Assembly: GCA_035524675.1 (NCBI GenBank) | Contig: DATKOK010000073.1 | Coordinates: 1 to 24,000, forward strand | Source: Candidatus Methylomirabilota bacterium | GTDB taxonomy: Archaea; Thermoproteota; Bathyarchaeia; 40CM-2-53-6 | Direction of reading: 5' to 3' | Length of the DNA stretch: 24,000 nucleotides | Shown here: piece after piece, positions 8,524-16,377 of the stretch | How the letters are laid out: each line of letters opens with the position of its first letter | How positions within the stretch are numbered: the first letter of the stretch is position 1 | Notes under the pieces: generated by a model | Databases searched by the model: none | Told to the model about the DNA's origin: nothing | The model's input: only the letters and a program-made list of their open reading frames with translations | Translations under genes and position numbers: made by a program

Positions 8524-9441
8524 GTGTGGAATGCCTTGTCTTTGGGATTAAGGGTCTGGGTGGGAGAAGCGCTCGAGCCATCTCTCCTCATGAGTTTTCT
8601 ACTTGTAAGCCTGGGCACGGCAGTGGCAGCATACGATGGCTTCTTCAATCTAGCGTTCTATATTCTCGCAATTGTTGGCGTAACCCTGACTCAGAACGCA
8701 GTGAATGTGTTAAACGACTATCACGACTTCAAAACGGGCGTCGACGTCAAAGCACGGAAGACCCCCTTCAGCGGCGGAAGCAAGTTCCTCGTATCGGGAT
8801 TAATCAACCCTCGCAGCGCCCTCCTCTTCGGAATAGCATCATTCTTACTGGCGCTACCAATCGGCGTATACTTCATCCTCCTCCGAGGAGAGGCACTCCT
8901 CGGTATCGGAATCATTGCCGCAGTATCGGTACTCTTCTACACCACGACTTTCGCAAGAATATACCTAGGAGAGTTCTTTGCTGGACTCAACCTTGGACCT
9001 CTCGTAATCATCGGAGCATACTACGTTCAAGCAGCCCGAATTAGTGTCGGAACAATCGCAGTCGGAGTAGCCCCCGGTATCATGATCGCGATGGTTTTGT
9101 ACCTTAACGAAATCCCTGACATTGAGGCAGATGAGAATGCCGGTCGCAAGAATCTGCCGATACTGCTAGGAAGAAAGCGGGCCTCGCAACTCTACGCTGC
9201 TATTGAATGTTTCGCCATAGCGTGGATACTGATTTCAGTATTAACGGGGATGACTCCGGTCGCCACATTGCTTGCTCTCGGATGTCTACCGTTTGCGCTG
9301 AAGTCAATTCGAGGTGCTCTGCGGAGTTACAACAATCTGGAAAAGCTTGTACCTGCACTTGCCGCGAACATTGCCACAGCTTATGTGACACTCACGCTCT
9401 TAGCTGTCGGATATCTACTCCCCATCATTATGCGGTTGTGA
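8524..9441 (+). CDS. UbiA-family polyprenyltransferase, MenA-like (1,4-dihydroxy-2-naphthoate prenyltransferase type)
   Basis: The protein is polytopic and hydrophobic. The first Asp-rich motif is NVLNDYHDFKTGVD. The second is NEIPDIEADENAGRKNLPILLG, which matches the MenA pattern D-x3-D-x3-G-K/R-x-T/N-L. Confidence 0.7.
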   Translation: MWNALSLGLRVWVGEALEPSLLMSFLLVSLGTAVAAYDGFFNLAFYILAIVGVTLTQNAVNVLNDYHDFKTGVDVKARKTPFSGGSKFLVSGLINPRSALLFGIASFLLALPIGVYFILLRGEALLGIGIIAAVSVLFYTTTFARIYLGEFFAGLNLGPLVIIGAYYVQAARISVGTIAVGVAPGIMIAMVLYLNEIPDIEADENAGRKNLPILLGRKRASQLYAAIECFAIAWILISVLTGMTPVATLLALGCLPFALKSIRGALRSYNNLEKLVPALAANIATAYVTLTLLAVGYLLPIIMRL

Positions 9442-10286
9442 AGACATTGGAGTTCAAGAAACTCGGAAGAAGTGACGAGAAGATCCCCGTCTTGGGCTTG
9501 GGTACGTGGGGTATCGGCGGCTTCAGCTCAAAAAATGTCGCTGGTGACGATGATGATATTCAAGCACTTACCTTCGGCTTGGATCTTGGAATGCAACTCG
9601 TCGACACGGCGGAGATGTACGCGAGCGGTCACTCTGAAGAGGTCGTTGCCAGGGCAATAGAGAATAGGCGTGAATCAGTCTTTCTAGCCACAAAGGTCTC
9701 ACCAGAACATTTCTCGTCGGAAGGTGTCTTGAAAGCATGCGACAGGAGTCTGAAAAGGCTCAGGACAGAATATGTCGACCTGTATCAGGCTCATTGGCCG
9801 AACCCTCGAATTCCTATCTCTGAAACAATGAAAGCGATGGAGAGGCTTGTGAGGGAAGGCAAAGTCCGTTTCATCGGTGTAAGCAATTTCTCTGTTGAAC
9901 AAACTCAAGAAGCGCGAGAAGCATTATCAACGGTTGATGTAGTTTCGAATCAAGTTGAATACAGTCTTCTTGATCGAGCGATTGAATCTGAACTGCTTCC
10001 TTACGCAGAACAAGAGCAGATCACAATCATAGCCTACAGCCCCTTAGCCCGCGGGCGAATCGCTAAAGGATCGAGCAGAGAAAGCCAATGGAGTACAATC
10101 GATAAGATTGCGACGAAATATGAGAAAACCAGGAATCAAATTGCATTGAACTGGCTAATTACCAAGCAGCAAGTAATAGCGATACCCAAATCTGCCAACC
10201 TTCCACACCTCAAGGAAAACCTTGGCGGTCAGGGATGGAAGATGCAAAATGAAGATTATGACCTCCTAAACCAGACGTTCAGGTGA
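9438..10286 (+). CDS. Aldo/keto reductase family oxidoreductase
   Basis: AKR hallmarks: LGLGTWGIGG, DTAEMYASGHSEE, YVDLYQAHWP, FIGVSNF and NQVEYSLL. The tracked 9207 start runs through the menA-like gene. GTG 9438 forms a GTGA overlap with the upstream stop and gives the normal N-terminus MKTLEFKKLG. Confidence 0.85.
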   Translation: MKTLEFKKLGRSDEKIPVLGLGTWGIGGFSSKNVAGDDDDIQALTFGLDLGMQLVDTAEMYASGHSEEVVARAIENRRESVFLATKVSPEHFSSEGVLKACDRSLKRLRTEYVDLYQAHWPNPRIPISETMKAMERLVREGKVRFIGVSNFSVEQTQEAREALSTVDVVSNQVEYSLLDRAIESELLPYAEQEQITIIAYSPLARGRIAKGSSRESQWSTIDKIATKYEKTRNQIALNWLITKQQVIAIPKSANLPHLKENLGGQGWKMQNEDYDLLNQTFR

Positions 10287-10308
10287 GTTCGATCGAGATG
10301 CGCCTCTC

Positions 10309-10545
10309 TTGAGCGAATCATCCAGAGTCGCACAAATAGCTAGAAGAATCGTATTCATGTTTCAATTCTACAAGCAGAATATTGACCCTGACGACGAAGT
10401 TTTTGTCACATTCGTCTCCAATTATCTTGAAAGAAAAAAAGTGAATGTTAAAACGATCTCGTACTATGAGTTGTATACGCACGTCAAAAATGCAATCCGC
10501 GAATACCTGCAAACAGGAGACAGCAAGCCACGAAACGACGCATAA
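10309..10545 (+). CDS. Hypothetical small soluble protein (78 aa from TTG; 62 aa from the internal ATG)
   Basis: The ORF is open, has protein-like composition, is co-directional and packs tightly between the AKR gene and fap7. I recognise no motif. Confidence 0.35.
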   Translation: MSESSRVAQIARRIVFMFQFYKQNIDPDDEVFVTFVSNYLERKKVNVKTISYYELYTHVKNAIREYLQTGDSKPRNDA

Positions 10546-11111
10546 TCGTAATCACCGGAACCCCGGGCACCGGGAAGACCACCTTTGCAAGAAGGCTCGC
10601 ATGCGAGCTGAATGCAGAGTATCTCTCTCTTGGAAATTACATTACGAGGCGGCGACTATTCAGCAGGCTCGATGAGAGGAGAAGCACGAGAGTAGTCGAC
10701 ATGGCTAAAACCCGCCGCCAAGTGCGCAGACTCACCGCCGCCATCAATAATTGTCCCTTAGTAGTGGACACACACCATCCCGAAGGAATCATCCCAAATA
10801 AGATGGCCACAATCGTTTTCGTGCTCAGGTGCAACCCCGTCATCCTCAGACGCCGACTACGACGAAAGAAGTGGAGCAGAAAGAAGATTCGAGAGAATGT
10901 CATGGCCGAGACGCTGGACTCATGTTACATACACGCCGCGTCATACTATGCTATGAAGAAGCTAGTGCAACTGGACACGTCGCATTCGACCCCAGAGCGA
11001 TCCGTAAGAACCGCGAAGAGTATCCTATCAGGAGGTAAAGCACCGATTCTCAAGGTCAATTGGTTACGCAATCTGGAAAGCGACTTGTCACTTTCAAAGC
11101 TCCTCGGGTGA
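10542..11111 (+). CDS. Fap7/AK6-type adenylate kinase-like NTPase (ribosome biogenesis factor), apparent ATA/ATC start
   Basis: The in-frame sequence upstream of the tracked ATG 10701 reads RRIIVITGTPGTGKTTFARRLA, which is beta1 plus the Walker A motif. Downstream, VVDTHH, VFVLRCNPVILRRRLRRKKWSRKKIRENVMAE and VNWL match archaeal Fap7 as I remember it. No ATG/GTG/TTG exists between the stop at 10467-10469 and 10701. Confidence 0.75.
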   Translation: MIVITGTPGTGKTTFARRLACELNAEYLSLGNYITRRRLFSRLDERRSTRVVDMAKTRRQVRRLTAAINNCPLVVDTHHPEGIIPNKMATIVFVLRCNPVILRRRLRRKKWSRKKIRENVMAETLDSCYIHAASYYAMKKLVQLDTSHSTPERSVRTAKSILSGGKAPILKVNWLRNLESDLSLSKLLG

Positions 11112-11356
11112 AGAGATTGGAAATTCCAGAGAAGAAACATTACTTAATTCTCGAATGTAACACGTGCAAGCGATATCTTCTGGCCGTCTCGAGCAACAAA
11201 ACACGAACATGCCCGTACTGCGGGAAACGTGTAGCATTAGAAAACGCCAGATTAGTTAGCCGATTGAAGAGCGCCGAAGAGGCACGGTTGGCTCTTCAAA
11301 AGCTGAAGATACAGGGCCAGCAGAATGAAACCGCTGTCAAATTAGCACGCCGATAA
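11108..11356 (+). CDS. Small zinc-ribbon protein (archaeal DUF1922-like)
   Basis: CNTCKRY..(17 aa)..CPYCGKR forms a CxxC...CxxC ribbon, followed by a helical basic tail. GTG 11108 forms a GTGA overlap with the fap7 stop. The tracked 11060 start overlaps fap7. Confidence 0.55.
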   Translation: MKRLEIPEKKHYLILECNTCKRYLLAVSSNKTRTCPYCGKRVALENARLVSRLKSAEEARLALQKLKIQGQQNETAVKLARR

Positions 11357-11395
11357 CGTTACTAATGCCTCATGCTATGACTGGGGCGAAATTCC

Positions 11396-11824
11396 ATGTC
11401 ATCGCTACCAGACCGTAGATTCATGGAGGAGATTACGAGCCTTCTTCAGAAGCCTGTTACCGTGTCAACTTCTAACGGAAAGAACTATTCAGGTGTCCTA
11501 GCTGGAGTAGACTCTCACTCACTAAACATCTGCCTAACCGAAGCCAAGGACGAGTCAGGCAAGTTATACCACAAGTTGTTTCTAAGCGGCAGCACAGTCA
11601 CTCAAATCTTCAGTTCTGTGAAACCCTTCAATCTTCAGGCGCTAGCAGATCGCTTGGAAAGAGTCTTCCCAAGAATGGTGAAGACCAGTGAAGGCGCAGG
11701 GATCATCGTAGTCATGGACAGAATCCGAGTCTCAGAGAAGGGTATCTTGGAAGGCGCAGGTCCAGCTGCGGAAAGAGTCCACAAGGTCTACGATGAGTTC
11801 ATCCGGGAACAATCAACTGGTTAG
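11396..11824 (+). CDS. Sm-like (LSm) RNA-binding protein with a roughly 70-aa C-terminal extension
   Basis: The N-terminal half fits the Sm1/Sm2 pattern: KPVTVSTSNGKNYSGVLAGVDSHSLNICLTEA...KLFLSGSTVTQI. I do not recognise the C-terminal half. Confidence 0.6.
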   Translation: MSSLPDRRFMEEITSLLQKPVTVSTSNGKNYSGVLAGVDSHSLNICLTEAKDESGKLYHKLFLSGSTVTQIFSSVKPFNLQALADRLERVFPRMVKTSEGAGIIVVMDRIRVSEKGILEGAGPAAERVHKVYDEFIREQSTG

Positions 11825-11852
11825 GACAAAGAGCAAAGCTTGACTAACTAAA

Positions 11853-13442
11853 TTGTCGTTCGAAATCCGCAGCAAAGACCTTCTTGGCAGAATAGGTCAA
11901 CTGCGCACAAAACGGGGAACCATTGAAACCCCCTTCCTGCTGCCAGTGATTAACCCTATTTCCCAACTTATTCAAGCCAGAGAGATACGCGATACCTTCA
12001 AGTTTGAAGCAGTCATTACAAACTCGTACCTAGTATGGCGTCGATTCAGAGATAATCCCCCTAAAATTCATGAACTTCTAGGCTTCGACGGCATAGTCGC
12101 GACGGACTCGGGAGCTTATCAGATACTCCAATATGGGGACGTCGAAGTTGACCCAAACGAAATAATCCGATTTCAGGAACAATTAGACAGCGACATTGCC
12201 GTCATCCTCGATATTCCAACCGACCAAACTGCGACTGAACACCGTGCAAAATGGACAGTCGACGAAACGCTCCGCCGTGCCAAGGCAGCCGAACGGGCGA
12301 TCACGCGGCGAGACATGCTGTGGGTCGGACCGGTGCAAGGCGGCGTATATCCCGATCTGGTATCATACTCCGCACGAGAAATGGCCAAGCTGAACTTTCA
12401 GATCCACGCACTTGGAAGCCCAACAACTGTCATGCAGCAATATCACTACGACAAGATGGTGGATATGATAATGGCTGCAAAACTTAACTTGCCTCCGGAT
12501 CGCCCTCTCCACCTATTCGGAGCTGGTCACCCGATGATGTTTGCTCTAGCGGTGGCCCTAGGTTGCGACATTTTCGATTCGGCATCATATGCGCTATTCG
12601 CACGCAACGATCGATACTTGACCCCTCAGGGAACCGCAAAACTGGAGGATCTCGAGTACTTTCCATGCCATTGCGAATCATGCTACAAGCGGAACCCGCC
12701 CCAAGTAAGGAAGATGTTGAAGTTCGAACGAGAACGGTTCTTGGCCGAACACAATTTACGTGCGTGCTACAGCGAACTTCAAACGGTCAAACAAGCAATT
12801 TCGGACGGGCGTTTATGGGAACTGGTAGAAGCAAGAGCGGGCAATCATCCAGCGTTATCAAGAGCCTTCGACACGTTCCTCAAGTACGCACAACACATGG
12901 AATCTGAAACTCCGTTAAGAAAGAAGAAAGGGCCCTTTGTGATATCGGAAAAATCTCTCTCACGCCCAGAAATCATCAGACACCATAGGAAACTGATTAA
13001 AAACTATACTTCACCAACGACCGCGAAACGAGTTATACTCATGCCCGACAAGTACTTGGAGCCGTTCCGCCAGAACTTCAATAACGACACTTCACTGAAG
13101 AAACTCCTTCGTAACCCTCAGATCCATCTGTGTTCTTACAACTTAACCTACGGAATAATACCAAACGAACTAGCCGACGTATATCCACTCTCCCAAACAG
13201 AAGACTCCGTCAAACCTACCGCACCAGTATTGCGCAACACCACGAGAAGAATCGCCGAATGGTTTCGAAGATCAGGTTACAAGTCACGGTTGATCGTCGT
13301 CGAGGATGCATGGCAGCATAAGATAGTAGAATCTCTTAGGAAACAATTGAGAATTCAACTCTTGGAAATCAAACCAGGCGAGGACGCGACCTCCAAACTT
13401 CTCACCGTGATCAGCAGAAAGAAACGTAAACGAACGAGATAA
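11853..13442 (+). CDS. tgtA: Archaeosine tRNA-guanine(15) transglycosylase (ArcTGT)
   Basis: N-terminal FEIRSKDLLGRIGQLRTKRGTIETPFLLPVINP, then DSGAYQ, GSPT, and the Zn site CHCESC followed by LAEHNL. The start is TTG. The C-terminal ~170 aa do not look like a PUA domain to me and end in SRKKRKRTR. Confidence 0.85.
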   Translation: MSFEIRSKDLLGRIGQLRTKRGTIETPFLLPVINPISQLIQAREIRDTFKFEAVITNSYLVWRRFRDNPPKIHELLGFDGIVATDSGAYQILQYGDVEVDPNEIIRFQEQLDSDIAVILDIPTDQTATEHRAKWTVDETLRRAKAAERAITRRDMLWVGPVQGGVYPDLVSYSAREMAKLNFQIHALGSPTTVMQQYHYDKMVDMIMAAKLNLPPDRPLHLFGAGHPMMFALAVALGCDIFDSASYALFARNDRYLTPQGTAKLEDLEYFPCHCESCYKRNPPQVRKMLKFERERFLAEHNLRACYSELQTVKQAISDGRLWELVEARAGNHPALSRAFDTFLKYAQHMESETPLRKKKGPFVISEKSLSRPEIIRHHRKLIKNYTSPTTAKRVILMPDKYLEPFRQNFNNDTSLKKLLRNPQIHLCSYNLTYGIIPNELADVYPLSQTEDSVKPTAPVLRNTTRRIAEWFRRSGYKSRLIVVEDAWQHKIVESLRKQLRIQLLEIKPGEDATSKLLTVISRKKRKRTR

Positions 13443-13457
13443 ATTGTAATCATCACT

Positions 13458-13679
13458 ATGGTAGAGTGGAGAACTATGAATCTTACCCAGGTCAAACAGG
13501 AAATAACGGAGCTAGGGAAGACTCCTGCCTCCGAAAAAATGTACCCTATCACGTCCGAATGGGTTCCATTGCCTGATGTAATGGCGATAATCTCTAGGTT
13601 TGAAAAACATTGGAAACAATTACCGAAAAAAGACGAAAATGTGGGGCGAATGATGAATGAAATGTTTGGTGAAGCATAG
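13458..13679 (+). CDS. Hypothetical small protein (73 aa)
   Basis: The ATG ORF is co-directional between tgtA and dys and has a plausible hydrophilic composition. The antisense 13355..13690 ORF looks like a shadow. I recognise no motif. Confidence 0.35.
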   Translation: MVEWRTMNLTQVKQEITELGKTPASEKMYPITSEWVPLPDVMAIISRFEKHWKQLPKKDENVGRMMNEMFGEA

Positions 13680-13708
13680 TTATCGCGCACGCAGGCAATA
13701 TTCGCAGA

Positions 13709-13718
13709 TTTTATTTAA
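13709..13718 (+). promoter_or_regulatory. TATA-like box upstream of dys
   Basis: TTTTATTTAA ends 16 nt before GTG 13734. That spacing implies a leaderless or near-leaderless transcript, in which case the true start could be GTG 13737 or TTG 13746. This rests on position and composition only. Confidence 0.25.
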
Positions 13719-13733
13719 CGTGAATGCACCTAA

Positions 13734-14819
13734 GTGGTGAGCCTCTTGAAGCGGGAACAGGTACTACGACGTCCGACCAAACCGATCGAGATTAATCCTG
13801 AAAAATCGATCAGTGAATTAGTCCGCGACATGTCCCTGACAGGATTTCAGGGACGCAAACTCGGGGAGGCCGCGGAAGTGTGGACAACGATGCTGAAGAA
13901 ACGGGAGATGGTCATCTGGTTGGGCTTGGCGGGGGCAATGGTTCCTGCTGGAATGCGGTCACTCGTAACCTACCTGATTCGGCGCAGGATGATCGACGTC
14001 CTCGTCACAACCGGCGCGACACTATACCACGATGCTTACGAGACCATAGGTGGTAAACATTGGCAGGGCACTGACCAGATAGACAATGTGATGCTGCGAA
14101 AACATCGCATCGATCGTGTCTACGATGTATACGCGGACGAGAGAAAATTCTATCGACTTGACGTTATGATCGAGAAGGAATTCGCGTCTCGCCTACAACC
14201 TGGCAGACCATACTCATCTCGTGAAGTACTATACGAGTTTGGAAAATGGATATCAGAAATGTCGCGTGACCGCGACGGAATCTGCGTAGCAGCCTACGAG
14301 TCAGGCGTTCCAGTGTTCGTTCCATCATTCTGTGATAGCGGAATGGGCTTCTCGCTGATGTTCTCAAACAGACGTAGAAAGCGACATGTGATAGTTGACC
14401 ACATGAGAGATGTGGACGAAAGTTCCAAAATCACCGAAAAATCAAGCCACACTTCTGTCATAGTCGTTGGCGGCGGTGTACCGAAGAATTTCATACAGCA
14501 GACAGCAGTGATCGCCAGCTACCAAACACGACATGATCGAACTCACGACTTCGCCATCCAGTTCACAACAGATGTCCCACAATGGGGAGGCTTGAGCGGC
14601 TCAACGTTCGAAGAAGCGCAAAGTTGGGGAAAGTACAACCCACACGCGAAGATGGTTCAATGCTTCACGGACGCTACTATCGCACTGCCCGTGGTTGCAC
14701 ACGCCCTGAGTCAGCGGTTCAAACGATTCAGACGAAACGTACCTAGATTTGACTGGAGCGATCATCACAATAATCTGAAAATTAGCTTCCAACGGACCCG
14801 GCTGCCCGACAAGGTCTAG
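13734..14819 (+). CDS. dys: Deoxyhypusine synthase
   Basis: Family motifs: GFQGRKLGEAAEVW, LVTTGATLYHD, VIVVGGGVPKNF and QWGGLSGSTFEEAQSWGK. Confidence 0.9.
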   Translation: MVSLLKREQVLRRPTKPIEINPEKSISELVRDMSLTGFQGRKLGEAAEVWTTMLKKREMVIWLGLAGAMVPAGMRSLVTYLIRRRMIDVLVTTGATLYHDAYETIGGKHWQGTDQIDNVMLRKHRIDRVYDVYADERKFYRLDVMIEKEFASRLQPGRPYSSREVLYEFGKWISEMSRDRDGICVAAYESGVPVFVPSFCDSGMGFSLMFSNRRRKRHVIVDHMRDVDESSKITEKSSHTSVIVVGGGVPKNFIQQTAVIASYQTRHDRTHDFAIQFTTDVPQWGGLSGSTFEEAQSWGKYNPHAKMVQCFTDATIALPVVAHALSQRFKRFRRNVPRFDWSDHHNNLKISFQRTRLPDKV

Positions 14820-15085
14820 CCATATTTGTAGGAAATTCCGAAGCCACCCTTCGGATTCTTCCATCCAATGTCATAGCACGCAATCCTGCAGGCTCCGCAC
14901 TCAACGCACGCGTCGTACGTGATCGTGATCTTATTCTCCTCCCACTTGAAAACGTCCGTCGGGCACACTCTGATACACCTCAAGTCAAACGGACACTTTA
15001 GACACATCGTTGGGTCCTTAATCCACAAATGCGAGTCTTCATCAACCTTGTATCGATTACGATACAGCTTGTCCTCTATAGCCAT
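14816..15085 (-). CDS. fixX: FixX, ferredoxin-like protein of the FixABCX/ETF-quinone oxidoreductase system
   Basis: The sequence is MAIEDKLYRNRYKVDEDSHLWIKD..CLKCPFDLRCIRVCP..CVECGACRIAC. I prefer ATG 15085, 11 nt after the fixC stop. The tracked GTG 15115 is an alternative that overlaps fixC by 19 nt. Confidence 0.85.
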   Translation of the reverse strand: MAIEDKLYRNRYKVDEDSHLWIKDPTMCLKCPFDLRCIRVCPTDVFKWEENKITITYDACVECGACRIACYDIGWKNPKGGFGISYKYG

Positions 15086-15096
15086 GACACGTTGAC

Positions 15097-16377
15097 TCAA
15101 GACATAATCCTCCACAAATGGTAAGCATCCTTCAGAAGGTTAAGCTTCGAACGACGTTTGTAAAGTGCTGACTTCATCTCCTTCACATGCTCCTCTTTTG
15201 TTCCATCATCCACGATGTGCCACCTGTACGCCAGTTCGTTGGCGACTTCTGGATAGAGGGTGAAGAAGTGTTGGTTGGTCGAGAAAAACTTCGGGGCGTC
15301 TTTGTATTTTTTCAGGTCCTTCATGACAAAACTTTCCTCAAGCTTCTGTCGGTAGTCTGCGAGTGTTCGTGATGAGAAATCGCCTTTCTTCTTCGCGTCG
15401 ACTGCTGTGTTCCCCGCCAATGTTCCCGACGTCATAGCTAGGTTCGTGCCCTCCCAGTTTATGGCGTTTACAAGCATAGCAGCGTCTCCAACCACGAGCA
15501 TACCGTCCGTGTGGATCTTTGAGACGTAGTCATACCCTCCTTCCGGGATTAGATGAGCTGAATACTCTTTCAGCTCTCCATCTTGAACCAGCGGCGCTAT
15601 CGAAGGATGATTCTTGAATTGCTCGAAGAGAACGTGAGGGCGTTCCCCGCTCTTGTCAAGGTCGCTTAGGCTAATTCCGATTCCTAGCGATATCGTGTCG
15701 CGATTAGTGTACATGAAACCTGCGTGCATTCCACTTCCCCAGCCAACTAGCATGGCTGCCACGCCTTCATCGGGACCAAGGTTGAATCGTTCCTCGATTC
15801 GCTGGCGGGGCAGAGCGATCACCTCTTTCACGGCTAGTACGACTGATTCGGATGGTGATTCCTCACGTAGCCCGGCATGCTTTGCCAGCATCGAATTGAC
15901 TCCGTCTGCAGCGATAACGACGTCGCTAAGCACATCGCCACGGTCAGTCCTTACGCCAACAATTTTGCCCTTCTCCTTTATCACATCCTCAACCGTGGTT
16001 CTGTTCAGTAATACTGCTCCCGCGTCCTCAGCGAGTTTAGCGAACCAAGGGTCGAATTTCGCTCGATGAACGGTGAATGCGTTGAATGTTTTGTTGAATC
16101 GCTGATTTTTATGGCTTAGAAGTACGTGTGATTCTTTCGTTAAAAACCAGTATTGGTACTCGACAACATGCCTCTCGATTGGCGCAGTCTTCCAGAATTC
16201 AGGTGCGAATTGCTCGGTATGGCGTCTGAATATGACTCCTCCAAACATGTTCTTGGAGCCGGGTTTCTCTCCCTTCTCGAGGACAAGGACATTCAGGCCA
16301 GCCTTTGCCATGGTATATGCTGCGGAGGCGCCAGCAGGTCCCGCCCCAACGACCACCGAATCGAACTTCTCCGTCAT
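15097..16377 (-). CDS. fixC: FixC, FAD-dependent ETF:quinone oxidoreductase-like flavoprotein
   Basis: The N-terminal dinucleotide fold is DSVVVGAGPAGASAAYTMAKAGLNVLVLEKG. The ~430-aa length and the position between etf and fixX fit FixC. Its ATG forms an ATGA overlap with the etfBA stop. Confidence 0.9.
   Translation of the reverse strand: MTEKFDSVVVGAGPAGASAAYTMAKAGLNVLVLEKGEKPGSKNMFGGVIFRRHTEQFAPEFWKTAPIERHVVEYQYWFLTKESHVLLSHKNQRFNKTFNAFTVHRAKFDPWFAKLAEDAGAVLLNRTTVEDVIKEKGKIVGVRTDRGDVLSDVVIAADGVNSMLAKHAGLREESPSESVVLAVKEVIALPRQRIEERFNLGPDEGVAAMLVGWGSGMHAGFMYTNRDTISLGIGISLSDLDKSGERPHVLFEQFKNHPSIAPLVQDGELKEYSAHLIPEGGYDYVSKIHTDGMLVVGDAAMLVNAINWEGTNLAMTSGTLAGNTAVDAKKKGDFSSRTLADYRQKLEESFVMKDLKKYKDAPKFFSTNQHFFTLYPEVANELAYRWHIVDDGTKEEHVKEMKSALYKRRSKLNLLKDAYHLWRIMS

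Noticed and set aside
8526-9044. 172-aa plus-strand ORF in an alternative frame of the MenA-like gene
   Set aside because: It is Arg/Ser/Pro-rich out-of-frame read-through of a membrane protein gene. The MenA frame carries the Asp-rich motifs.
9207-9437. Tracked 77-codon 5' extension of the aldo/keto reductase ORF
   Set aside because: It lies entirely within the MenA-like gene in another frame and has Cys/Ser/His-rich nonsense composition. The AKR homology begins at GTG 9438.
10445-10675. 76-aa plus-strand ORF spanning the orf78/fap7 junction
   Set aside because: It is a third frame across two better-supported frames, with basic low-complexity composition. The fap7 frame carries the Walker A motif.
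13355-13690. 111-aa minus-strand ORF opposite the 73-aa plus-strand ORF
   Set aside because: It overlaps the tgtA 3' end and has Ile/Phe/Ser-rich shadow composition. The plus-strand ORF fits the operon direction. Neither is strongly supported.
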